Positions 20,292 through 32,000 of a stretch of DNA of 32,000 nucleotides are shown piece by piece (position 1 is the stretch's first letter; each line of letters begins with the position of its first letter). The position numbers and the translations under genes were made by a program. Source of the DNA: Zygophlyctis sp. KS116 (lineage: Eukaryota > Fungi > Chytridiomycota); assembly GCA_054661495.1 (NCBI GenBank), contig BAAFSQ010000052.1, forward strand, positions 20,091-52,090, in the 5' to 3' direction. The notes below the pieces were generated by a model that was not told the origin of the DNA, did no database searches, and saw only the letters and a list, made by a program, of their open reading frames with translations.

Positions 20292-23200
20292 TTAAATGTC
20301 ATTCAATTCAGAATACACTTTTTCAATATACTCAACTATTGGTTGAGATCCGGCAAGGATTTCTAAAGGTACCATGGCAAATACTATAAAGTAAATAATT
20401 ATGTCTTACAGGCTCGGTTATGACGGATTTCGGCAGAAAATTCATTAATCAAGGGTCTAAAGTACCAGATTCCAAGAATTATAGTATAGAAAAGTCCAAT
20501 TAAATAACTGGCTAAAAAGGCGGATTCGGTATTGCTTCTAGAGGTTTTAATTCTTTGATTCACCAGATTCTTGATATAGCGAATGGCTTCATCACCTTCA
20601 TGAGAAACAGTTTCTTCAATAATCCAATAATTTTTAATAGGAAGTGGGCCTTGAACAATATTTTTAGCAGACCCAGGAGCTTCAGATAATTCCCATAGGT
20701 TGGAGCCCACATAATTCATGAGGATTGATATGCCCCTAGTAGCATGAACAGAATAGTCGGATGGTAGAGCTAGTTCAGGAGGTGTCTTTACATCATCCGT
20801 TTTAAACTTGTCATTGCATCGAGTTTCCCGCGCAGGAACTTCATATACTATACTGTTTTTATAAACATATGTTGAATTCATTTTAGGAGTAACAGTTATC
20901 ATATCATCTTGACAAGAGGTGTAAACTTCAGTAAGCTGATTTGGATTGTATAACAATTTAGAAATCTCAAAATCGGCCGCATAATCATCTGTCAATCTCT
21001 TAAATTCATAATATAACTATGCGTTAGAAAAAAAAATTCCTTACATCATCTGCTTTTTCTGCGATTCGATCTGATGCGGTCTTATAATCGTCCCAAACTG
21101 GAGCAAATACGGGTGGTGCATTTTGTGAAGGATGCCATATAGGGATGGATTCGAAACGAAGAGATGAGAAAAGGCTATACAAGACTAAAATATCTCTATA
21201 TCGTTCAATCGTCAACTGAGATGTCTGATTGTCAGTATACCGCCACGCACAATGCACGATTATTGGAAGAGCAACAGACAAAAGGGCGGCGAAAGTTATT
21301 ACCAATAATCTTACTTTACTGTCATTTACCACCTCGATAGCATCATCAGTTTTCATTTTTCTAGATTTTGCCTTACTAAGAGCCAATTTTTGTGCATCAC
21401 TGAGTTCACGATTATCTTCATCGTCTGCGTCCTCCCCTTCTTCTTTTTCTTTATAAGTGACATAAACGAAATCCCAAATAAGTGATTTTGGCACAAGGAG
21501 CAAAAGTTTAAGAATGTTGCTTCGCTCTCCTTGAAGTTTTTTCATTGCAGGTAAGATAAAAAAGCCTACAAGAATGAATGGAAGTATAATTAAGATAATA
21601 GCAAAAACAAGGTGAATTATAAGCTCCAAATTTTGATTGCTAATCACTTGATCAAAAATAATTCCTTGCAAAGATTTGATTTGTTCATCAATTATGTGTC
21701 GATTTTTAGCCAAGAAGAGAAAATCCAATTGTGCAGCAATATCTTTCACATCGTGCTTCTTGGAGAGCTTCACTACTGCATCTACGACTTTAGAAGATAC
21801 AAAATCAGCCCAATTAGGCGATTTCTGTGTTACTAGCCGATCAATCCCATAAAATTCAAAATAATCAAATGAAGCAGTATACTGAGAATCTAAAATATCC
21901 TTCTCTCTTCGAATTTTGGCGTAAAATTCTGTTAAGACTCCCTGTGTCTGTTCCAAAGTTTTTGCTACTTCCACTAGATGGTCAGAATAATGTGCCTTTT
22001 CTACAAATGTGCATTTCTCTAAAGTTTTCTTAGCACCTGTATCGATATTCGTTTCACTCTTGATAGCAAATTCGTATTCTTCACCGAACGTACAAGGCCA
22101 GTAATTCTGGGAAATATGGCTTTGAGTCATGTTTAGAAGAATATCATTCGAGATTTCCTCTAATAAAACAACATCGGCCGAGTATATCGCATCGTAGATT
22201 TCACGCCCCTGATCTAGTAGCAAATCGCTAAATACAAGATATCCGTCAAATTTGGGAAGTGCATTCAAAGATATCAATGCTATTACAAATGTTGAAATAT
22301 AAATTACCAAGGTGATAAAAACCGAATTCATAAAAGATCGATTGATTCCATCAATTTTTGTAGTATTCTTGATATATGCAAGTTTAGATTCTATTGACTT
22401 AACGAGAGATTTATCAACGGACGTCTCTTCATCTGAGTCTTCATCCGAACTACAAGATTCATCCACCGATGAATAACTTTGGGCAGTGGGATCAAGGTTT
22501 GCATTACTACCAGATTTACTCGGTGCCTGACTATAGCCTGTAGGGACACTAAGTGTTATATTTTGATCTTCTATTTTCTCGGCCTTTTCGGATCGGATAA
22601 AGAGAGAATCGACAAATGCTAAAAGATTAAAAACTAATATTACCTCTATCCATACGATTCTCAATACTAACATGTCGAATACGTCCTATAAATGAATTTC
22701 CATCAGAATTTTGTATTTCAGCTACCTAAAGATAAGTCTTTTAAATTTACTTGGATTTCAATAGGTAATATGGAACCATCTCTATGGATAGTACTAATGA
22801 CCCTTGGTATTCCAACAACGCGAGCCACACGGGTATCATTATACCTTTGCAGATATCCATCATGATTTGCTGCTATTGACTCGTGCATAATGCACTTTAT
22901 ATTTTTCCCCATAATTTCATCTGCGTCAAATCCAAGCAGGATATGACCATCTTCATTGAATGTGAGAATCGTGCCGAGATCATCAATCGAAACGACAGCA
23001 TCGGTCGTGGTTAGATCACGCACACGCATTAATATAACCTCTGAAGATTTCATTGATAGAGCAAATGTTACAGGGAGAAGCCCATAAGATTTCGTCACCA
23101 TCAATATGTAAAAATTCAAGTCGGTGTTGCTTAAGGCCAATGACATCCAATAATTTTTATCCTGGCGATTATTTCCACTTATTGGAGGTATAAGAGTCTC

Positions 23201-26200
23201 TATCGGTTGACCTATGTATTCTTCATCGATATTTTCTGACATGTATCCCAGCATTTTGAATACTGCTTCATTAACTGATATGATAGTCCCGTCCTTTTTC
23301 AATTCCAATACACAATTGTCATCAAAGCCCATTCGTTTGATTTTTGAAGCCGAAGAGATTGTATCAACTCTCCTTATCAATCCTTTAAAAAGAAGATTAT
23401 CATCATTTCCCGTCTCGGATTTTTGTATAATTGCCTTTATCTGCACAATACTACCATCAGCATGAATTGCAGGTAGAGTGCGGCCATCAACTGATCGAAG
23501 GATGTTTGAAACCTTTGTACGTCGATATCTTTCCAAAAATAAATCATGAACTAACTTTAGTACAATTATATAAAATACACATATTATAAGGAGGTGGCAT
23601 AATATTTTTAAGATTCATGCCCATAATGTCTTCTTTTCTATACCCAAGTAGACTTGTCACACCAGAATCAACATTTTGAATCATACCAAAGCCATCAATA
23701 AATATAACTGCAGTTAATTTACTAGTGTCTCTAATAACTGCTGAATAGAAACGATCTGATCCCACATATTCCTCTGTAACGGTTAATGAAATTGGAACAA
23801 CAGAGCCGTCCTTTCGACGACCAGGTACATTTCGCCCAGCTGTTCCAATAACACGAGCTTCTCCTGTTTCTTTGTATCTGCGAAGATAAGATTCATGATT
23901 GGCCGCATATGCGTCTAGCATAAAAACGGTAATGTTAGCTCTGAAAACTTCCGCTGCCTTATAACCAAACATATGTTCAATACTTTTTGAAATCATAATG
24001 ATCGTCCCGTCTTCTGAAATTATAATTTGTCCCTCATCATTGCTGACTGGAACGGCAACAAGAGTCCCTACGAAAATGCGCTCGCCAGTTTCCTTTCTTT
24101 TTTCCTGAAGGGAAAGCATAAGAGGGAAGCCATAACCTAGTCTGTGCAGCCCAAACAAAGCTCTTGGAGGATGCCCGATTACCTTAGCATTTCCAGTAGC
24201 TTTATACTTATCTAAAAACTGATCATGACGTTCTCTATAAGGTGATGGGACTAAAAGCTTAATGTTTCTAGTTATGAGTTCACTTCTTAGCCATCCAAAT
24301 AAATTTGTCACGGCCTTATTAACCTGTTCAATAGTCCCCTCTTCATTAATAGATATAACTGCACGACTGTCTATTCCTCCATCTGAGATTCCTGAATCAT
24401 CGTGTTCGCGAGCTCTGAGCTGTTCAGCACGACGATGGTATCGTTCTGCTTCCTCTCCATTTTTCATAACTAATTCCAAAAAATATGCATAAGAACTCAA
24501 AATATATAATTGCTTTGGAAAACGAACAATGAGAGACTATGGATCAGTTAGCAGATTTTACCTTATAAGTGGCCAAAGCCTTATTTGTAGCAGAATCAAC
24601 AGCTTTTGAGGCCTCGAGAAATTTAGAAATCTTGATTTCAGGATTAAGAAATAACGACCAAAAATCACTAATTGCCTTGATTGCGACAGAATTATACTTT
24701 TGCGCCTCACTTTTATAAGACTAATAAGAAATTACACGTAATACTTCTGAAAATCACCGAATTGATTTAGGTTGGTTATGGAAGAATTAACATCACCTGC
24801 GATTGATACACTTTGCTTAGAATCTTTGATGCGTTTTGAAATTAAGAACCGAATATAATAAGAAGTCTCCAAATTCAGGGCAGTTTCGAGCAAGTCTATA
24901 AATGCAGATGAATCTGCAGATAATGTCATAAGACAAGATGCTCTGCGTATTCTGATAATAGCTAGATCAGGAAATGCTGAATCAGCCATGCGATATAATC
25001 GATACGCAGCCTCCACATTTACTTTATCGGAGGTATTGAACCATAAAAGACGACCTATTATTTCGACCGAAGTAGTGTCAGCTCCAAACTTCTGCAAGAT
25101 CTGGGGCAGATACAAATATGGATTTCTCTTCGCCCCTTCAATCAATTCTTCGGATTTTTTTGTAGTAAATTTAGCCAAGTATAGTTCCTTTGACTCAAAT
25201 TCTGCCTCGATTTCCTGACAAAGTCCTGTTGCAAAAGCTAAAATAATGAAATTATACAAACCATACCTTGGAAAACCAAGTACCTATATTGAATGGCATA
25301 ATATCCAAACAGAGCAATCGGTATCATTCCTTAAAGTAAGTAAAAACGAGTACCAAAAATTAGAGCGAAATCGATGAATCTCGATGTTACAAGATTGTAT
25401 TCCATGTTGTTTGCGACAACGAACGTAACGGCTGCACTCCACCACAATGCAAATGTTAACGCTCCGAGTATTGAATTGCTATGGCGATTCTAGCTAATGA
25501 AAAGATAAAAAATACTTGATAAGGTAAATAATATATCAAAAGACCCGGTAAAATAGTAATGGCAATCCAATTAAACAATGCCTCCCACCAAGTTCCGATG
25601 ATTTGCCCAATCAAATATTCATTTATCGTCATAAATATGATGATTGAATAAAATGCTATGTTGTAAATAGGGGTCACAGTAACAAACAAATCCAGGGGTA
25701 CCGGAAAAAGGTTGACATAAGCTACTGTTGAAATTAGCATAAGCCCAATGAGTATAATAGCTGTTATCGTTCCAATAATTAGATAAGCCATATTTGACGA
25801 GCCCCAGCAGTCAATCCTACAGGTTATATTTAAAAATTACGCTTCACCATACTGCTCAAAAGGGAAGAGCTTTTGAGTAGCTGGATTGCACCACCACGGA
25901 GTTGCTAATAATTTAAATCTAAAAATCAACAAAAAATATATAACCCTGCTGGAAATAGGATTCTAAGCGCTATATTGAAAGAATAGAATAGAGTTTTGAC
26001 TGCTATTGGATTGGGTTCGTTATTTTTGTAATATGATCTAAATACTATTCCGGCATTGATCAAGATCAAAAGCGTTATGGCAAAACTGGCCCAGAATGCG
26101 GCCTAATATCAATACTTATATATAAAGTACAGTAAAGCTAGACCATGTGGTTAACTTGATCTGAAGCTGTAAATATCGAGCAAAACGTCCCCATGTCGTT

Positions 26201-26479
26201 GTATATGAGCCATATCCGTAGCCTGTAAAATAAGATCAGTCTCTAGGAATTACCATCTTTTATTAAAAATAATCAAAATATACCATGTACAAAGAAAGGA
26301 ATGATCTGGACAAAACTTAATATCATTACTGCCACAGCTGGCAACCAATTGAGATGCGCTAGCGCAGGAAACGCGGTCGGATATATATCATATATAGTAG
26401 ATGACAATGCAGACTCCACCTTTTTTTTTAATTTCGTGAATTCTGACTCCTCAACAGTTCGAGCTCCTGAAGATGACAT
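20292..26479 (-). CDS. Large multi-pass membrane protein with five PAS domains (TmcB-like architecture)
   Basis: N-terminal multi-TM exons (25.3-26.4 kb), helical TPR-like region (24.4-25.2 kb), PAS repeats (about 22.75-24.37 kb), then further TM helices. Last exon LFAMVPLEIL...NDI* with stop at 20292-20294. Probable ATG at 26479. Confidence 0.82.
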
Positions 26480-26581
26480 TGATAAACCAAATGAAAGCGC
26501 GTATGACGACGCGACTATGCGCAGCCTGATCGCGAAAATGTTCCGAAATTCCGGATCATTCACTTGTTCATTTGTGATCAA

Positions 26582-28936
26582 TTACAATGCTAGATTTTTC
26601 ATTTGTATCAAGTAGCTATTAGATGGCTCAGCATTAGGCTCATCCTCCCATACATTAAAGTAGACGACAAAATTGGCAGGCTCTTTACCCTGCTCCACTG
26701 TTAAAAGTGGGCAGTCTTCCTTATCTTCAAGCTTTGATCTTTTTATGTCAATTGCTCGAAAAGTAAGTTGTGTAACAACATCAGATGCTTCATTTCCCTT
26801 CCATAAAAAAAGGGGACCAGGTCTGCAGTCGAGAATAACAACACAATCTGGGCGTAAATCATCCTGTGAAAATACTCCTAGATATTCAATACTATAATAT
26901 CCTAGGGCACAAGAGCATCTAAAGAATTGGGGAGCGTAGATCGGATTCAAATTGACATTTTCCATATTGAAAGTAGGAAATGCAATCAGAGAAGAATTTT
27001 CAACAATATTGATTGGGATCTCCAATTTTTTCTGGTATAAAATAGATTTACAAATTCGGTATAAATTCGAAGCTTCTGAAATCCCTCGACTCTTGTAGAG
27101 AGTCGCTTTATGATCATAAATAATAAAATGAGAATCAGAATCAACGAGATACGGAATAGGATCACTAACATTCCAAACCCGAACTGTCCCAAACTTTGAA
27201 TCTATTCTTATCCTATATACTTCAGTTTTAGATTGGTTAAGTTGATTCCTAAGCCCTTTTTCATAAGTCACTTCATTAGAAAGATGTGATAAAAGAATTA
27301 AAGGCTCTTTACCAGGGTCAACATGAACAACTTTCATTTCACAATTATATAGAGATTTAACCAACTCTTCCAATTCATGCTGTGTTTTAAAACGAAATGT
27401 TGCATATGCTAAATGATTAACGATGCAAATAAAATACCTCTCCGTGCAGCCTTCCTACCTTTCCAAAAGTATAAAACACATTCAAGAGAAGTTTCATTTT
27501 TTGAAGACTGCGCCAAAGATGGTTCTAATTCTTCTTCAATAACCTTGTAAACGCATAAAAAGATATACGCCTCTTTCATGAACAATAATCCTGCTTCATC
27601 TTCTGGGACAGAAATGAATTTACCATTTGAATGTACAAATACACTCATCTTTACTAAAAGTGAATTAAAACTCGATAATGTGCTTAGCAAAAATGAATTA
27701 TCTCGTTTAATAGCTTGGCCACCTGTAAAAAAAGATTCAATGTCCATATGAATCCCTTCCAATTTATTCAATTGAACTAAAAATAATTAAACTCAAAGAT
27801 TTGATTACCTTTATCATCCCAAACATGAACATCTTCCCAATCACTAAAATATAATTTAAATAATTCTGGCTCATGTTCTTGCATACATCTATCCAAATAC
27901 AACCATTTTGGACGAATTTTTAACGGAACTATTTTCTAAAATCTTAAATTTCCTTTAAATTACAGTTAAATACTCTGTAGCCATTAATTTTTTCTCTTGA
28001 GATGCATTTTTACCAATCCATAGTATCAGTATAGATCCTGAATCTACAATAAAACAACCTTTAGAATCTAAAAGCCCTTTTTTAAGTTTTTTAGAATCTA
28101 GAATATCATTCTTTGGATCTCCTAGTAAATCCTTTGGGACTCTATTAGTAAATCTACGAGTTTCAATACCTGTACAAAACAGGACCATCCCATTTTTCTT
28201 TAGTAGAAAGATTTCTAGCCTCTAAAGACTCATCACATCCCAATAAATCCAAAAATCTTGAAACTTCATGTCCTTGTTCTTGTTCTATGACTCTTGCTCT
28301 CCCTTTTCTCTCATTCCTATTAATCCTTTGACATATTATTTTCCCTTTTAATCTCTGTTGCTTTGAAGAATCTCTTCCATTCCATAAAAATATCTCTAGT
28401 CCATTATCTAGTATAAAAACATTTAAATTTGACAAAACTGTATATAATGGTTCTAAATTTTCCAATGCCCAATCATGAACTTTAAATAGTAATAAATTCC
28501 AAGTTTTATCTTGTACAGGAAACAATCCACTTTGAGTTGAATACGTAGCTTCAGAATATTCAAGATTTGGAAATAAATCTTTAAACGCAATAGATTCTTC
28601 ATTAGGCCCAACTTTAATAATTTGAGAATTTCCTCTTAGAAAATCCTTTAGTCCGACCGCATACATTGCACAACAAAACCTTTTATCCAATTGTGCACAT
28701 GAACCAATCCAAGTATAAATAAAATAATAAATTTCATCAAGTCTTTTTACAGAATTTAGAATTAAATAACAATCACCAACACAAAATTCCCCATCAAATT
28801 CAACCTGTCTTGGTTCCAATTGATTAATCTCAAAAACAACAATTCCCTCTCTTCCAATATTTGTAAAATAATCACTGAAATCCAGGGCCTTGAAGGGACT
28901 CTGCAATGAAGATGTTGACACTGGCGAAAGATGCAT
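26582..28936 (-). CDS. Gelsolin-repeat protein most similar to the gelsolin half of Flightless-I
   Basis: LDFSDYF...IYTWIGSCAQLDKRFCCAMYAVGL, VFILDNGLEIFLWNG...RINRNERKGRA and FFRCSCALGYY...FSQDDL correspond to recalled FLII segments LDYSEFF, KINKNERKGKA, LFRCSNEKGYF and FCQDDL. Confidence 0.82.
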
Positions 28937-29039
28937 TACAACCCAGACCTGTAAACAAGGTTGATCAGTGTGGCACCAGTGGCACCAAGGTGAAAACTTA
29001 CGGTTCCTGGGCCTATGCTCTAGAAAAAAAATCTCAAAA

Positions 29040-30492
29040 ATGACGGAGCCTGCAGATGATCTTATTGACTATGAAGACGAGGAAGAGACCGTCTTGCCAG
29101 AGTCTTCTGTCCCGGTGACTGGTCAGGCAGAGGCTAAGAAAGGATCATATGTAGGAATACATGCGACTGGTTTCAGAGACTTTTTATTAAAACCAGAACT
29201 CTTGCGAGCCATCGTAGACTGTGGGTTTGAACATCCGTCAGAAGTACAGCAGGAATGTATTCCACAGGCTATTCTGGGAATGGATGTTTTATGTCAGGCA
29301 AAGTCTGGTATGGGGAAAACTGCAGTCTTTGTCTTGGCTACTCTTCAACAGTTGGAAAATATTCCTGAACCTAGTGTTCTAGTCCTATGTCACACCAGAG
29401 AACTGGCATATCAAATTAAAAATGAATATGCTAGATTCTCTAAATATATGCCAGATCTTAAAACTGCAGTGTTTTATGGTGGTACATCAGTCAAGCAAAA
29501 TATTGAAACTTTAAAAACTGAAAAACCACAAATTATTGTTGGTACTCCAGGAAGAATACAGGCTTTAATAAGGGATAAAGTACTCATTTTAAGTAAAATT
29601 AAACATTTTGTATTGGATGAATGTGATAAAATGTTGGAATCTCTAGGTAAATTTTTAAAAGAGAATGATGAATAATTTTTGCTATTAAACCCAGCTCTTT
29701 GAAGTATATTACTTGTATACTAGAGAGATTAAAAATACTTCTGACTCTTTGAAAAAAAAATTCTAACAATAAAGATATGAGAAAGGACGTTCAAGATATC
29801 TTTAGAGCTACACCGCATCACAAGCAAGTAATGATGTATTCTGCAACGCTAAGTAAAGAAATTCGGCCAGTTTGCAAGAAATTTATGCAAAATGTATGTA
29901 CAAAATAATTAAAGGTTAGCCTTTGGAAATCTTTGTAGATGATGAAACGAAATTGACTCTCCATGGGTTGCAGCAATATTATGTAAAACTAGAGGAAAAT
30001 TCAAAGAATCGAAAATTAAATGATTTACTGGATGCTTTAGAGTTTAATCAAGTTTGTATTTTTGTCAAGTCTGTTCAGCGTGCGAATGAATTGAATAAGC
30101 TATTGGTTGAATGTAATTTCCCTTCAATTTGCATTCATTCTCAAATGCCCCAAGAAGAAAGGTAAAATTGGGTAGATTTATTTCATAGAATTGCTCGGTA
30201 CAAGTCTTTTAAAGATTTTAGCAAGAGAATCATGGTTGCTACAGATATTTTTGGAAGAGGTATAGATGTTGAACGTGTCAATATTGTCATCAATTATGAT
30301 ATGCCTGATTCCCCTGATTCTTATCTTCATCGTGTTGGTAGAGCTGGTAGATTTGGTACCAAGGGTTTAGCCATCACTTTTGTATCTACAGTGGATGATT
30401 CTAATGTCTTGAATGCTGTTCAAGGAAGATTTGAAGTTAATATTTCAGAATTGCCGGAAAAAATTGATATTTCGACATATATGGCATCCTAA
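29040..30492 (+). CDS. SUB2: DECD-box RNA helicase Sub2/UAP56 (DDX39)
   Basis: [37 protein letters not shown] and [10 protein letters not shown]. Introns 29647-29774, 29894-29919 and 30162-30188. Confidence 0.97.
29658..29750 (+). ncRNA. snR69: Intronic box C/D snoRNA, snR69-like (predicted guide for LSU rRNA Cm2948, yeast numbering)
   Basis: Terminal stem AAAGAG (29658-63) with CTCTTT (29745-50); C box ATGATGA (29665-71); D box CTGA (29741-44); guide TAAACCCAGCTC (29686-97) complementary to conserved LSU GAGCUGGGUUUA; D' box TTGA (29699-702). Confidence 0.85.
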
Positions 30493-30613
30493 ATGAACCG
30501 GATGTAGATTTAATACCTTTAAGCTCTTTTAATAAAAAGAGATTCTTTAATACTTTATGTTAGGGATTCTTGAATTCTTTGTTATACACCAACTCCACCT
30601 CTGTAACTTAATG

Positions 30614-31883
30614 TCATTTTTTATTAGAAGAATCAAGGTCTTTAGATATTTCAGTACTGACAACCCGTTTTCTCTTTGTAGTTGAGGATCCGTCAGTCAT
30701 TTCAGGGTCTAGATTTTTCTCTAGATTTTTTTCTCCTTGCATCCGTTGTCTATTGAGTAATTTTGTATATTTTTTAGAAGATCCATGATAAATTTTGGCA
30801 TTACCGTCAATACTCTCCATTGGATCAACACCATCCCTAAATTTAATTTTAAAATTCATACAAGAGACTTGAAAGATACTCGTGAAAATCAAAATTTTCT
30901 TGGGAATCTGATCTATTCCTTTCGTGTTCAGTTCTTATCAAATCCTTTAAGAGAGATTCCATTTGAGTAGCCTTTATAGAATAATCTTTCCATTGTAAAT
31001 AAATAGGTAGTAAGACATTTTTCTTAAAATTCCAATTAATTAAATCATTTTCAGAAGGAGTATTGACTTTTGGCGATGAAATTTTCCAATTAAAAGTCCC
31101 TTCAGGATAAACACAATCTACTAAAACCAATGGTGTTTCTGGTGCCATATCATAATTAGGTCTTCCTTTTGCCTCCAACACATTTTCTTCTTGTAACAAG
31201 GCCCTAATTGTGTCTGGTGTCTCTAACCCTACACCTACCATGAACAAACAAGAAACCAAACATCGGACTTGATGCCATAAAAATGCTCTTCCTTGAATCA
31301 CAAAAACGTAAAATTTCCTTGGATCCTCTTCCTTTTCTGGAAGATTATTTTCTATAGGTTCTTGGTCTTCTGATCCATAAGGTTGAATATAAGCCATTGA
31401 CACAGTTCTTAAATATCTTGTTTCTTTTGTTGGATTAACTTTACAAAAGTTTTTAAAATTAAATGTTCCCTTGTACTGCATTGCCCCCTCTTGCATTTTC
31501 CTTAAATTGAGTCCTTGAGCTGGAAAATAATACTTGTATTTTCTAGCAAGACAATTAAATCTAGCATCAAAATCATTTGCCACAATTGAGTATCCAGTGA
31601 CTCTAACTTCTATTGGAAGCACTCTATTCAACATTTTATCCAATTCCAAGTCCTGTTTCTTCTTCAGAATAGTAAATGCCACAATTTGAGTCCAAGAAGA
31701 GACTCCAATATCAGTTCTTCCACATTTAGAAAAATTACAATTTCTTAAATCCTTGATCAAATTCACTTTTTTGAGAGCATTTTCTAGTAAAAGTTCTATC
31801 GTTTGATAATTCTCTTGCATTGCAAACCCATGATATTTATATCCCACATACAAGATCTTTAATGCAATCTTGATCTCTTCCAT
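30614..31883 (-). CDS. DEG1: tRNA pseudouridine 38/39 synthase (TruA family, Pus3/Deg1)
   Basis: FSKCGRTDIGVS, FDARFNCLARKYKYYF and FLWHQVRC. Intron 30837-30861 joins a last exon containing KKYTKLLNRQR. Confidence 0.9.
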
Positions 31884-31890
31884 CTAGTGA

Positions 31891-32000
31891 TTTCTTATAA
31901 TTTTCTAATAATATGACCTGATAATTTTCTTATAATTTTCTAATAATATGACCTGATAATTTTCTTATAATTTTCTAATAATATGACCTGATAATTTTCT
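31891..32000. repeat. 35-bp perfect tandem repeat (ATAATTTTCTTATAATTTTCTAATAATATGACCTG), at least 3.1 copies, running off the window
   Basis: Units begin at 31921, 31956 and 31991; a partial unit spans 31891-31920. Confidence 0.95.

Noticed and set aside
22750-24375. FixL-like PAS region as bacterial contamination or a recent transfer
   Set aside because: It is interrupted by the same tiny introns and is embedded in a eukaryotic multi-exon gene.
28968-29039. N-terminal extension of SUB2 (MWHQWHQ...) in the ORF track
   Set aside because: It starts at a GTG within the promoter repeat; the conserved N-terminus begins at ATG 29040. The TTG starts at 12292 and 26581 are rejected for the same reason.
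555-30970. Overlapping shadow ORFs (e.g. 555-872, 2474-2698, 8605-8817, 11129-11452, 18637-18855, 21229-22033, 26301-26615, 30785-30970)
   Set aside because: They lie antisense or out of frame within well-supported genes and show no recognisable motifs.
388-31883. Fragmented ORFs read as pseudogenes, frameshifts or an alternative genetic code
   Set aside because: Every break I examined is resolved by a short GT-AG intron that restores conserved motifs in the standard code.
31891-32000. 35-bp repeat as a CRISPR array
   Set aside because: Units are directly adjacent with no spacers, there are no cas genes, and the context is eukaryotic.

Overview
AT-rich, extremely gene-dense eukaryotic DNA, most likely a zoosporic (chytrid-type) fungus. 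This assignment is inferred from fungal-type housekeeping genes plus TTLL9, PEN-2 and a Flightless-I-like gene. About 20 protein genes are split by tiny GT-AG introns (23-31 nt where reconstructed), which fragment the supplied ORF track, and several co-oriented genes are only 13-34 bp apart. Genes in order: APC amino-acid permease, TTLL9, PEN-2, two paralogous secreted 6-Cys proteins, a tail-anchored coiled-coil protein, a UAF30-like SWIB protein, SPO11, an unknown protein, RNF10/MAG2, a small secreted Cys-repeat protein absent from the ORF track, ECHDC1-like, SCC2/NIPBL, VPS4, a tail-anchored thioredoxin, a ~6.2 kb multi-TM protein with five PAS domains (four FixL-like), an LRR-less Flightless-I-like gelsolin protein, SUB2/UAP56 and PUS3/DEG1. 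Highlights: (1) the only long intron found (128 nt, in SUB2) holds a box C/D snoRNA with an snR69-type rRNA guide; (2) a multi-heme-PAS membrane sensor with no visible output enzyme; (3) secreted paralogs share an identical 233-bp upstream-plus-signal-peptide block but have divergent mature domains; (4) ~1.5-2 kb CpG-depleted domains are centred on promoters carrying short iterated motifs. All calls were made by eye with no database searches.
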